A stretch of 64,000 bases of DNA, from positions 958 through 64,957 of the forward strand of contig JAUVXE010000002.1 of assembly GCA_030603745.1 (NCBI GenBank), given 5' to 3'. The translations under genes and the position numbers were made by a program. The notes below the pieces were generated by a model, which had not been told where the DNA came from, did no database searches, and was given only the letters and a program-made list of their open reading frames with translations. This DNA is from Coriobacteriia bacterium (GTDB taxonomy: Bacteria; Actinomycetota; Coriobacteriia; Anaerosomatales; SLCP01). The stretch's first letter is position 1. The number at the start of each line of letters is the position of its first letter. Shown piece after piece: positions 51,846 to 60,370 of this stretch.

Positions 51846-51933
51846 GCGTGCCTCCCGGGCTGGATGGCTCCGACCATACGGACGTAGCGTACCAGCACCG
51901 GAAGGGCGGCGTGCGGATGTTCGCGAGACCCGA

Positions 51934-52098
51934 CTAGTCGGCGGCCTTCACCTGCATCGGCTTGCCGCAGCACATGACCGACAGCTCGCAGTCGGAGTCG
52001 TGCGTGCAGCTGTCGCCCGAACAGGTGCGGCTTACCGTGAGCTCGATGTCGCAGTCATCGCACGAGCATACGAGCACATCTCCATCTTTGACGTCCAC
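51934..52098 (-). CDS. small Cys-rich protein (54 aa, 8 Cys), not in the ORF track
   Basis: GTG 52098 lies 4 nt after GAGGAGGA. My own translation is (M)[53 protein letters not shown]. The CxxC...CCGxPM arrangement recalls desulforedoxin-type centres. It lies 88 nt upstream of nikR on the same strand. Confidence 0.6.
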   Translation of the reverse strand: MDVKDGDVLVCSCDDCDIELTVSRTCSGDSCTHDSDCELSVMCCGKPMQVKAAD

Positions 52099-52282
52099 AG
52101 GGTCCTCCTCGGTCGCGGGAGCGCGTCTTGAGAGTGCGTACCCCGTTCGACCGCCGTCGCATCACCCGATGTCACCCGCTCGGTGACGAGACGGCAACGC
52201 CCCCTGGAACCACCGGGACGCGTGCACGTACGCTGCCCGGGACGTATCGAGGTCTCACCGAGGCACGAAGGAGGGCGCGAGG

Positions 52283-52651
52283 ATGACCGCCATCATGGAC
52301 GTACTGCAGCTCAGCGGAGGGATCATCCTGTGCGCGGGCTATCTCCCGCAGATCCGGCGCATCCTCACCACGCGTTCCGCACACGACCTGAGTCTCGCCA
52401 TGTGGCTCTCGGTGCTCACCGGGCTCGTCCTCATGGAGATCTACGCGGTTCACCTGTTCCTGACGGCCGGCACGCGCGCGCTGCTGATCACGAACTCCGC
52501 GAGCCTGGCGTTCAGCATCGTGATGGTCGGCCTCATCCTCACCTACGGCGTCAGGCCGACACTCCTCGTGCGCCCCGCACCCGAGCGGCTCCGTCGCGCG
52601 CCCACGGATGCCGTCGGGCAGACGGTCCAGCGTGTCGAACAGGCGGCCTGA
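52283..52651 (+). CDS. PQ-loop / SemiSWEET-like 3-TM protein with a C-terminal tail
   Basis: LSGGIILCAGYLPQIRRILTTRSAHDLS is a PQ-loop motif. There are three TM helices, and an AAGGAGGG RBS precedes the start. Confidence 0.65.
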   Translation: MTAIMDVLQLSGGIILCAGYLPQIRRILTTRSAHDLSLAMWLSVLTGLVLMEIYAVHLFLTAGTRALLITNSASLAFSIVMVGLILTYGVRPTLLVRPAPERLRRAPTDAVGQTVQRVEQAA

Positions 52652-52684
52652 GCCGGACCTCCCGCTCAGCAGGCATGCCTCGAC

Positions 52685-53422
52685 TCAGGCATGAAGCACC
52701 TGGCCGAGGAAGGTCCGCGTGCGCTCCTCGGCTGGGCTCCCGAAGAACCGGTCGGGCGTGGCCTGCTCGATGATGATCCCGTCGTCCATCATGATCACCC
52801 GGTCGGCGACCTCCCGCGCGAACCCCATCTCGTGCGTGACCATCACCATCGTCATGCCTGCGGCGGCGAGGTCCTGGACGACCTGGAGCACCTCGGCTAC
52901 GAGCTCGGGGTCGAGCGCCGAGGTGACCTCGTCGAAGAGCATGATCTCCGGGTCCATCGCGAGCGCCCGCGCGATCGCGACACGCTGCTTCTGGCCGCCG
53001 GAGAGCTGCGAGGGCCACGCCTTCTCCTTGTCGGGCAGGCCGACCTTCTCGAGCAGCTCCCGCGCCGTGGCCTTGGCCTGCTTGCGGGGCACGCCCTTGA
53101 CGTTCTCGGGCGCGATCGTGATGTTGTCGATCACGTTCTTGTGGGGGAACAGGTGGAAGTGCTGGAACACCATCCCCATCTTCTCGCGCACCTTGTCGAG
53201 GTTGTCCCGGGCCGGGTCTATGACCTCCCCGTCAAGGAGCACCTCGGAGCCCTCATCGGGCATCTCCAGGAAGTTCAGGCACCGGAGGAGGGTCGACTTG
53301 CCCGACCCGCTCGGCCCGATGATGACGACCACCTCGCCCTCGGCCACCGCGATGTCGACACCCTTGAGCACGTGCAGGTCGCCGAAGTGCTTGTGCAGGT
53401 TCCTGGTCTCTATGACGTTCAC
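52685..53422 (-). CDS. polar amino acid ABC transporter ATP-binding protein (GlnQ-like)
   Basis: Walker [10 protein letters not shown], signature [15 protein letters not shown], Walker [12 protein letters not shown]. Confidence 0.93.
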   Translation of the reverse strand: MNVIETRNLHKHFGDLHVLKGVDIAVAEGEVVVIIGPSGSGKSTLLRCLNFLEMPDEGSEVLLDGEVIDPARDNLDKVREKMGMVFQHFHLFPHKNVIDNITIAPENVKGVPRKQAKATARELLEKVGLPDKEKAWPSQLSGGQKQRVAIARALAMDPEIMLFDEVTSALDPELVAEVLQVVQDLAAAGMTMVMVTHEMGFAREVADRVIMMDDGIIIEQATPDRFFGSPAEERTRTFLGQVLHA

Positions 53423-54105
53423 GCCGCAGCCCTCCTGTCGGGGGTCAATCGCAGCTCGAGCTGGTTCACGAGCCAGGTGAAGATCAACACCAGCACGAGG
53501 TAGTAGAGCCCGGCCACGAGGTAGGTCTCGAACGGGCGGAAGTTCGCCGCCGCCGCGGTCATCGCCCGGCTGTAGAGCTCGGATACGCCGAGGAACGCGA
53601 CGAGCGAGGAGTCCTTGAGCCCGATGATGAACTGGTTGCCGAGCGGGGGGATCGCCCGACGGAACGCCTGCGGCAGGATGATGAGCCGCATCGAGAGGCG
53701 TCTGGACATACCGAGCGAGCGCGCCGCCTCATGCTGCCCGTGGTCGATGCTCTGGATCGTGCCACGGAAGATCTCGGCGACATAGGCGCCCGCGTGGATG
53801 GCGAGCGCGAGCGAGCCGGCCCAAAACGAGCTCAGCACCACGATCTCCGAGATGCCGAAGTAGAGGAACATCAGCAGCACGATCAGGGGCGTACCCCGGA
53901 CCACCCCGATGTAGGCGTTCGCGAGCAGGTTCCCGATCGGGTTGCGTGAGAGCTTGAGGAACGCGAACACGAGCCCGATGACGACCGCGAGCGCGAGCGA
54001 CACGGCGGTGAGCCGCAGCGTCATCCCGGTCGCTTTCAGAAAGCCGAGGAAGTGCATGTCGAGCACAACCCAGATGGATTCGAACACGAGAAGTCTCCTT
54101 CGCAT
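53419..54105 (-). CDS. polar amino acid ABC transporter permease (HisM/GlnP family)
   Basis: The EAA-loop context is [36 protein letters not shown]. The start may instead be the internal MHFLGF Met. Confidence 0.9.
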   Translation of the reverse strand: MRRRLLVFESIWVVLDMHFLGFLKATGMTLRLTAVSLALAVVIGLVFAFLKLSRNPIGNLLANAYIGVVRGTPLIVLLMFLYFGISEIVVLSSFWAGSLALAIHAGAYVAEIFRGTIQSIDHGQHEAARSLGMSRRLSMRLIILPQAFRRAIPPLGNQFIIGLKDSSLVAFLGVSELYSRAMTAAAANFRPFETYLVAGLYYLVLVLIFTWLVNQLELRLTPDRRAAA

Positions 54106-54169
54106 GGAGCGGGGCCGGCCGGATGCCGGCCGGCCCCGTCAGAGCCGAGATGATGGTGTGACAGCCGAC

Positions 54170-54964
54170 CTACTCGCCGAGGATGTTCTCGGGGAACCAG
54201 CGCAGGCTGATCGCCTCGTAGGTGCCGTCCGCGATCATCTCCTCGAGCGCGGCGTTGATGGCGTCGAGCAGCTCGGTGTCGCCCTTCTGCACGGCGATCC
54301 CCATCTCATCCTGCTCGAGCACGTCTCCGACGGGCTTGATGCCGAGGCCTGACTCCTCCATAGCCGTGAAACCGACCAGCAGGTCGGTGATGACGGCGTC
54401 GATACGCCCGGTGGTCAGGTCCTGCAGCGCGACGATGTCACTGTCGTACGTGACGACGTTATCCTCGCCGGTGATGTCGTTGGCGAGCTCGAGATAGGTC
54501 GAAGCTTTGACGACGCCGATGCGGGCCCCCGCGAGATCGACGGGGCCGGTGATCGTGTCGTTGCCCTCGGTCACGAAGGTCTGCGCGCCCGAACGGTAGT
54601 AGGGGCGGGTGAAGTCGACCTGTTCGCGACGCTCATCGGTGATGCCGTGGCTGGCCACGAGCGCGTCGTAGCGCCCGTCACGCAACCCCTGGATGAGCGT
54701 GTCGAAGGGGACGGGGGACACCATCTCGGGAGTCCTGCCGATGCGCTCGGCGATCTCGAAGGCGATGTCGACGTCGAATCCGACGATCTGGCCGCCCTCA
54801 TCGAAGCTGAACGGCTTGTAGGCGCCGCTGTTGGCGAAGACGAAGGTCTCCGCCGAATCCACCCCGCCGACTGTGCCGTCGTCGCCGTCATCGGCGCAGC
54901 CGACGAGAGCGAGTAGGCCCGCCGCGAGCGCGGCTGTCACGATCAACTTCCAGGTACGCTTCAT
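54170..54964 (-). CDS. polar amino acid ABC transporter substrate-binding lipoprotein
   Basis: Lipobox LVGC and a family-3 SBP pattern (GFDVDIAFEIAERIG...YDALVASHGITDERREQVDFTRPYY). Confidence 0.9.
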   Translation of the reverse strand: MKRTWKLIVTAALAAGLLALVGCADDGDDGTVGGVDSAETFVFANSGAYKPFSFDEGGQIVGFDVDIAFEIAERIGRTPEMVSPVPFDTLIQGLRDGRYDALVASHGITDERREQVDFTRPYYRSGAQTFVTEGNDTITGPVDLAGARIGVVKASTYLELANDITGEDNVVTYDSDIVALQDLTTGRIDAVITDLLVGFTAMEESGLGIKPVGDVLEQDEMGIAVQKGDTELLDAINAALEEMIADGTYEAISLRWFPENILGE

Positions 54965-55263
54965 GTGTGTGCGACCTCCCGGTCAGTCCGGTTACGTGTC
55001 GACCCCACACTCGGCGACCGGAACCCACCAACACACACCTCACAATGCAAGTAATTCGACCTCTCATGCAAAGCAAGACACGCCAGTAAGCCTGGTCACA
55101 TCCAAGAGGGGAACATGACAACCGTACCGCAAGCCCGTGAGCATTGCAAATCGGTGTGTGCGCTGAAAGCCGACCCTTCGGGTCTCACCAGGGGTTATCC
55201 GAAAGTATGCATTGCGATTCATTCACGTCCGTGGCGCGTCGCCCGGTGCGTCACCCGGCGCGC

Positions 55264-56118
55264 CTACCGCACCCACTGCGTAGCCTGATCGCGCGCCTCG
55301 GCGACCGCGGCCCCCGACTGCCGGCGCGCCATGCGCCTGAGCACGACGGGCGCGACCAGCAGGCCGGCGACCGACCACGCCCCGAGGACCGCGACGGTCT
55401 CGAGCGTGCGCCAGGTGCCGCCGATCTCCGCCGCCGCCACCTCGGCGGGAAGGAACGCCGACCGCAGGCCGATCCCGAGCCAGTACACCGGGAACACCTG
55501 CCCGAGCACCTGCACCCAACCCCAGAGCGAGCTCATCGGGACGAAGATGCCCGAGATGGCGGTCACCGCCATGACCGGCAGGAACCCCCAGGTCATCGCC
55601 TTTTGCGTGTTGGGGACGAGCGCGCCGATGATGATGCCGATGGGCAGCGTCGCGAGGAGTCCGAGACCGACCACCCAGGCGAAGGTGAACCAGCCCTCGG
55701 CGCCGCGCTGGGAGAAGACGTCGAACAGGATGGCGCTCGGGACCATGAGGACGCCGAGCATCGGCACGAGACTGAGCGAGTGGAGCACGACCTGCCCGAC
55801 CACGTATCCGGTCACCCCATGGGGCGCACACTTCGCCCGCAGCAGGGTGCCGTCCTCGCGTTCCATGGCAAGCGTCTGCGCGGGGCCGGCCACGAGGCTG
55901 AATACCAGGAACGCGGCGAGGATCCCGGGAAGCGCGAGCACGGGGAACGCGAGGTCGATGCCTTCGACCGTGCTGTCCCGCCTGAAGTAGAGGTAGGTCA
56001 CGGTCGCCACCGACGTGAACAGGTAGAAGCCCTGGTCCTGGGGGCTCTTGAGGCTGAGGACGAACTCGGTCCATCCGCGGGCGAGCCCGATCCTCACCGC
56101 GTGCCGACGGGCGCTCAC
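55264..56118 (-). CDS. ABC-2 type transporter permease
   Basis: GTG 56118 overlaps the ATPase stop (GTGA). About 6 TM segments, with the MEREDGTLLR motif common in ABC-2 permeases. Confidence 0.8.
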   Translation of the reverse strand: MSARRHAVRIGLARGWTEFVLSLKSPQDQGFYLFTSVATVTYLYFRRDSTVEGIDLAFPVLALPGILAAFLVFSLVAGPAQTLAMEREDGTLLRAKCAPHGVTGYVVGQVVLHSLSLVPMLGVLMVPSAILFDVFSQRGAEGWFTFAWVVGLGLLATLPIGIIIGALVPNTQKAMTWGFLPVMAVTAISGIFVPMSSLWGWVQVLGQVFPVYWLGIGLRSAFLPAEVAAAEIGGTWRTLETVAVLGAWSVAGLLVAPVVLRRMARRQSGAAVAEARDQATQWVR

Positions 56119-57038
56119 GGGGACACCTCCTCGAACAGTCCCTGACTGCGGGACGCGTGCTGCCCGCTCTCGTGCGCCTGCACCATCGCGAGGTAGGTCT
56201 CCTCGAGCGACGCCCGCCGCACCTCCAGATCGGTGATCTCCTCCGCCTCGCCGAGGAGGTCGCGCACGAACGCGACCGGGTCGGGCGTCGAGCGCGCGTG
56301 CTGCTCGCCGCCTGCGCGCCACCGGACCTCCGCCTCGCGACCGATCTCCCGGGCGAGCTCGTCCGCGCTCCCGTCCGCCACGATGCGGCCGGCCGCGAGG
56401 ATCAAGATCCTGTCAGCCAGGCGCTCGGCCTCGCTGAGGTCGTGGGTGGTCAGCAGGATCGTGGTGTCCTCCCGCTGCGCGAGCGCCTCCACGAGCTCGT
56501 GGAACTCACGACGGCCGTGCGGGTCGAGACCGGCGGTCGGCTCGTCCAAGAAGAGCAGTTCCGGGTGCCCGATGATCCCGATGGCGACATCGAGACGGCG
56601 GCGCTGTCCGCCTGACAGCGTCCGGATCTTCTGGTCCGCCTGCTCCTCCAGGCCCACCGCTGCGATCAGCCGCTCCACGTCCCGCGGCCGGCTCCGCTCC
56701 GGCGTCGAGTACGGCTCGTAGTAGCGGCCCAGGTGGCGCAGGAGCATCCTCGGAGTCCAGCGAGCATGGTCGCGCCAGGACTGCAGCACCACGCCGGTAC
56801 GCGCTCGCCACTCCTCGCCCGCATGCGCGGGGTCCACGCCGAGGACCCGCACCTCGCCCGCCGACCGCATCCGCAGCCCTTCGAGGATCTCGATGGTCGT
56901 GGTCTTTCCGGCGCCGTTCGGGCCGAGCAGCACTACGACCTCCCCCCGCCGGACGCTGAAGGTGACGCCGTCGAGGACATCCTTGTCGCCGTAGCGCATC
57001 CTCAGGTCCTCGACGCCGACCGCGCGTTCTCCGCCCAC
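56115..57038 (-). CDS. ABC transporter ATP-binding protein (ABC-2 partner)
   Basis: GTG 57038 lies 6 nt after GGAGGG. Walker [10 protein letters not shown], signature LSGGQRRRL, Walker B LLFLDEPTAGLD. The long upstream track extension was rejected. Confidence 0.9.
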   Translation of the reverse strand: MGGERAVGVEDLRMRYGDKDVLDGVTFSVRRGEVVVLLGPNGAGKTTTIEILEGLRMRSAGEVRVLGVDPAHAGEEWRARTGVVLQSWRDHARWTPRMLLRHLGRYYEPYSTPERSRPRDVERLIAAVGLEEQADQKIRTLSGGQRRRLDVAIGIIGHPELLFLDEPTAGLDPHGRREFHELVEALAQREDTTILLTTHDLSEAERLADRILILAAGRIVADGSADELAREIGREAEVRWRAGGEQHARSTPDPVAFVRDLLGEAEEITDLEVRRASLEETYLAMVQAHESGQHASRSQGLFEEVSP

Positions 57039-57224
57039 CAGGCACCCTCCGTCCGTCCGGTCGTCGGCGCCCCCGACCGGGTGCTCCCGGCCGAGGGCGC
57101 CGCTCAGATGGTGTGTACCCCACGGGACCCCGGCACACCACGAACGACCGGGCCGGTTCGGGTATATCTCGTGGTGATGGCGGGTGCGACGCGGCGGAGG
57201 CGAGATGTCTGAAGGCGGCACGAC

Positions 57225-58565
57225 ATGCGACTGATCATCCGTGGGGTGTTCTGGTTCGGCCTCTACCTCACGATCATCCTCTTCCCGCTGATCGCCGGAG
57301 TCGTGTTCTTCGACGCCTCGCAGGCCGCCAGTCCGTTCATCTACCTCGCCATCGCGACCGGCTACATCGCCCTCGCGCTGATGGCCACCGAACTCGCGCT
57401 CGTCTCGCGGTTCGCCGGCGTGGCAGGCGCGTTCGGGCTCGACTCGCTGTTGCAGTTCCACCGGCAGATCGGCATCGCCTCCATGGCCTTCGCAGCGGCG
57501 CATCCGCTGCTTCTCGTAGCCGACCGCGCCTACACCGTGCGCCTCCTCGTCCCGAACGCGCAGCTCCCCTGGCCGGTGAGCGCAGGCGGGCTCGCCTTCC
57601 TGCTGGCCGTGCTGGTCGTGGGCCTGTCGGTCTACCGTCGCCACCTCCGCCTCTCGTACGGCATCTGGCACCTCACGCATGGGCTCTTCTCGATCGCGCT
57701 CATCGGATTCGCTGCGGCGCACGTGCTCGGGATCGGCCGCTTCGCCGCCCTACCGGTCATGCGTGCCCTCTGGATCGTCTACCTCGTCTTCTTTGTGGGC
57801 ATGTTCCTGCGCTACCGCCTCCTGCGTCCACTCTCCCTCATGCGCCATCCCTGGGAGGTCGCGGAGAACCGCGTCGAGCACGGCAACTCACACACGCTTG
57901 TGTTGCGCCCCGTGGGCCATGACGGGTTCCGGTTCGAGCCCGGCCAGTTCGCGTGGATCGGCTTCGGCCGCTCCCCCTTCGCCACCGATCAGCATCCGAT
58001 CTCGTTCTCCTCCAACGGTGACATCCCCAACCACGACGGGGCCATCGCATTCACGATCAAGCAGCTCGGGGACTGGTCGTCCCAGGTCGTGCCGACCGTC
58101 GAGCCGGGCACCAGGGCGTGGGTCGACGGCCCCCACGGCGTGTTCACCATCGACCGCGAGGAGGGCGCCGGGTACGTCCTCATCGGTGGGGGCGTGGGCA
58201 TCACGCCGCTCTACTCGATGCTGCAGGCACTCGAGACGAGGGGCGACCCTCGGCCGGTCTACCTGTTCCATGCCGCCAACGACTACGGCGACCTCACGTT
58301 CCGTGAGGAACTCGCCGAGATGGACGCGCGCATGGAGACCTTGACCGTGGTCACCGTCCTCCTGCGTCCGCACGAGGGGTGGGAGGGCGAGTCAGGGTTC
58401 GTGACCGAGGAGATCATCACCCGCTACCTGCCGCCGACGCTCTACCGCCGTTTCCAGTATTTCATCTGCGGGCCCGGACCGCTGATGGACGCCATGGAAC
58501 GGGTCCTGCCCGCGATCGGAGTGCCCGCCGACCGCGTCCACACCGAGCGCTTCGACATGGTGTAG
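57225..58565 (+). CDS. NOX/ferric-reductase-like flavocytochrome b (ferric_reduct TM domain + FAD + NAD(P)H domains)
   Basis: 6 TM helices with two His pairs spaced 14 residues apart (FHRQIG...AAAH and THGLFS...AAAH). FAD motif HPISFSS, NAD(P)H motif GGGVGITP, then ICGPGPLMDAM, ending ERFDMV. Confidence 0.85.
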   Translation: MRLIIRGVFWFGLYLTIILFPLIAGVVFFDASQAASPFIYLAIATGYIALALMATELALVSRFAGVAGAFGLDSLLQFHRQIGIASMAFAAAHPLLLVADRAYTVRLLVPNAQLPWPVSAGGLAFLLAVLVVGLSVYRRHLRLSYGIWHLTHGLFSIALIGFAAAHVLGIGRFAALPVMRALWIVYLVFFVGMFLRYRLLRPLSLMRHPWEVAENRVEHGNSHTLVLRPVGHDGFRFEPGQFAWIGFGRSPFATDQHPISFSSNGDIPNHDGAIAFTIKQLGDWSSQVVPTVEPGTRAWVDGPHGVFTIDREEGAGYVLIGGGVGITPLYSMLQALETRGDPRPVYLFHAANDYGDLTFREELAEMDARMETLTVVTVLLRPHEGWEGESGFVTEEIITRYLPPTLYRRFQYFICGPGPLMDAMERVLPAIGVPADRVHTERFDMV

Positions 58566-58574
58566 GGAGGTGTC

Positions 58575-59177
58575 GTGAACCACCGGATCGTATCGACCGT
58601 GGTCGTCATCAACGTGGCGCTCTTCGTGGTCGCCGCGGGGATGTTCGCGTGGGCGGCGGCGGTCGTCGCACCGCTCGAGCCCGGGGCGGGGTACGCACCC
58701 GACGACCCGCACCCTCCCGCACGGCGAACCGAACCCTGCCTCGACTGCCACACCGTCGCGGCCGACACGATCCCGGTCACCCACCGCCACTACCAGGTCG
58801 ATGCCTGCTCGAGATGCCATCGGCCCGCCGTTCGCGTGCTCGTGCCGCACTCCGTCGCGATGGGCGAGGCGCGATGCCCGCTCTGCCACGGGGAGCCCGC
58901 CCGCGACCTCGGCATGCCCGAGAGCCACCTGCGCTTCGAGACGGGGGCGTGCCTGCTCTGTCATCCGGTGGACACACGCTTCTACGACCGGCAGCCCGGT
59001 CCGGCGGGCCTGTCGCTCAGCCCTGCCGGGTCGATCGCGCACCCGATCGGCGGCGTCTTCGCGGACTGCGACGCGTGTCACCACGTGCCCGCGAGAAGTA
59101 CGCTCCCGGAGAACCACCGCGACTTCGCACCGCAGACCTGCATGGACTGCCACAAGCCGAGGCCTGCCGAGGAGTAG
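58575..59177 (+). CDS. membrane-anchored hexaheme c-type cytochrome (three doubled-CXXCH modules)
   Basis: GTG 58575 lies 4 nt after GGGAGG and 10 nt after the upstream stop. An N-terminal TM anchor is followed by six CXXCH motifs: CLDCH, CSRCH, CPLCH, CLLCH, CDACH, CMDCH. Confidence 0.85.
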   Translation: MNHRIVSTVVVINVALFVVAAGMFAWAAAVVAPLEPGAGYAPDDPHPPARRTEPCLDCHTVAADTIPVTHRHYQVDACSRCHRPAVRVLVPHSVAMGEARCPLCHGEPARDLGMPESHLRFETGACLLCHPVDTRFYDRQPGPAGLSLSPAGSIAHPIGGVFADCDACHHVPARSTLPENHRDFAPQTCMDCHKPRPAEE

Positions 59178-59277
59178 GCCCGTTACCGGAACGGGACTTG
59201 ACGTCGCCGAGTAGCATGAACCACGATTTCCCCGACGTGGCCGTCCGAGGCCATGCACTCGATACGAGGGGGATCTC

Positions 59278-59772
59278 ATGAGCGATGCGAGCACTTCGGA
59301 GGAGCAGACGACGTACGACACCCCGGCGCAGGCACAGACACGCGGCGGGTACGGCTCAGGCTGGCTCTATCTGGTCGCGGCGCTGTCGATCCTGAACACC
59401 GCGATCGTGTTCTTCGGCGGGGAGTTCTCGCTGATCTTCGGTCTGACCTCCGCGCTCGTCGCGGCCTACATCTTCGACGCGGCCCTCGCCATCGGCATCA
59501 CGGTCGTGCTCGCGGCACTCTTCGGGGGGCTCGGTTTCGCCGTCGCCCGCGCCAATCAGTTCGCCCTGATCGCCGCGCTCGTCCTCTACCTGGCGGACGC
59601 GGCCGTCGGCGCGTGGGCGGTGCTGATCGTGGGCGACTCGAGCATGCTGCTCGACCTCGGTGCGCACCTCTTCGTTCTCTGGGGCCTGATCCAGGGCCTG
59701 CGGCAGATGCGCGCCGAGAGCGCGGATCCCGCCGCGGGCGCCTTCGGCGTTCCGGCCGAACAGGACGCCTAG
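59278..59772 (+). CDS. hypothetical membrane protein (4 TM)
   Basis: 164 aa with a hydrophilic N-terminus followed by four hydrophobic helices. No family recognised. Confidence 0.5.
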   Translation: MSDASTSEEQTTYDTPAQAQTRGGYGSGWLYLVAALSILNTAIVFFGGEFSLIFGLTSALVAAYIFDAALAIGITVVLAALFGGLGFAVARANQFALIAALVLYLADAAVGAWAVLIVGDSSMLLDLGAHLFVLWGLIQGLRQMRAESADPAAGAFGVPAEQDA

Positions 59773-59854
59773 CTCCGATCCGCAGACCCGGACACGTGGA
59801 AGGGCGTCCGCTCGGCGGGCGCCCTTCCACTCGGTTTCAAGGCCGCTGCCGGCC

Positions 59855-60190
59855 TCAGTCGATCAGGCCGTGCCCCTCCTCGGCGTAGGCACCGGTGTCG
59901 GCGCGGTACGCCGGCTCGGTGAAGGGCAGGAACTCAGGGACAAGGCCGTGCCCCTCCTCGGCGTAGGCACCGGTGTCGGCGCGGTACGCCGGCTCGGTGA
60001 AGGGCAGGAACTCGGCCACGAGTCCGTGACCTTCCTCGGCGTACGACCCCGTGTCGCCGCGATACCCGTCTACCGCCGCCGCGACCACGGGGACGAGCGC
60101 GAGGATGAGGAGGGCCGTGAGTACCACCGCCACTCCTGCGAGCAGGCGTGAAGCCGTTCGATCGATCGATGCGTTCAACATCGTCTTCAC
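59855..60190 (-). CDS. signal-anchored protein with tandem 26-aa repeats YR(A/G)DTG(A/S)YAEEGHGLV(P/A)EFLPFTEPA
   Basis: 111 aa with an N-terminal hydrophobic segment, then two full units and one truncated unit that ends the protein (...EEGHGLID). Confidence 0.65.
   Translation of the reverse strand: MKTMLNASIDRTASRLLAGVAVVLTALLILALVPVVAAAVDGYRGDTGSYAEEGHGLVAEFLPFTEPAYRADTGAYAEEGHGLVPEFLPFTEPAYRADTGAYAEEGHGLID
59865..60070. repeat. 78-bp tandem repeat, about 2.6 copies; two copies share a 71-bp perfect match
   Basis: 59865..59935 and 59943..60013 are identical. A diverged third copy starts near 60021. The repeat lies entirely inside CDS 59855..60190. Confidence 0.9.
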
Positions 60191-60370
60191 CTCCCAGGGC
60201 GGCGTGCGTATGGGCGACCGCCCAGAGTGAATATGCGCGTCCGGCGTAACGAGGGGTTAAGCGAGTGCAAAGGCCGGGTACGTCCCCCGCCCGCGCGCCG
60301 CCATGCACGAGGCCGGGCCGCCACATGGGTACATCCGAGATGTGATCGAACGCCGTCCAGGGACCGCCAG

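Noticed and set aside
51846-51933. Possible NikR autoregulatory dyad between the Cys-rich ORF and nikR (TACGgacgtagCGTA).
   Set aside because: The arms are only 4 bp, which is expected by chance, and the sequence bears no resemblance to the 47772..47798 dyad.
59865-60070. Tandem direct repeats that might be taken for a CRISPR array or minisatellite.
   Set aside because: The repeats are contiguous (78-bp period with no unique spacers), in frame, and lie entirely inside a GC3-biased ORF. No cas genes are present. I interpret them as a protein-coding tandem repeat.
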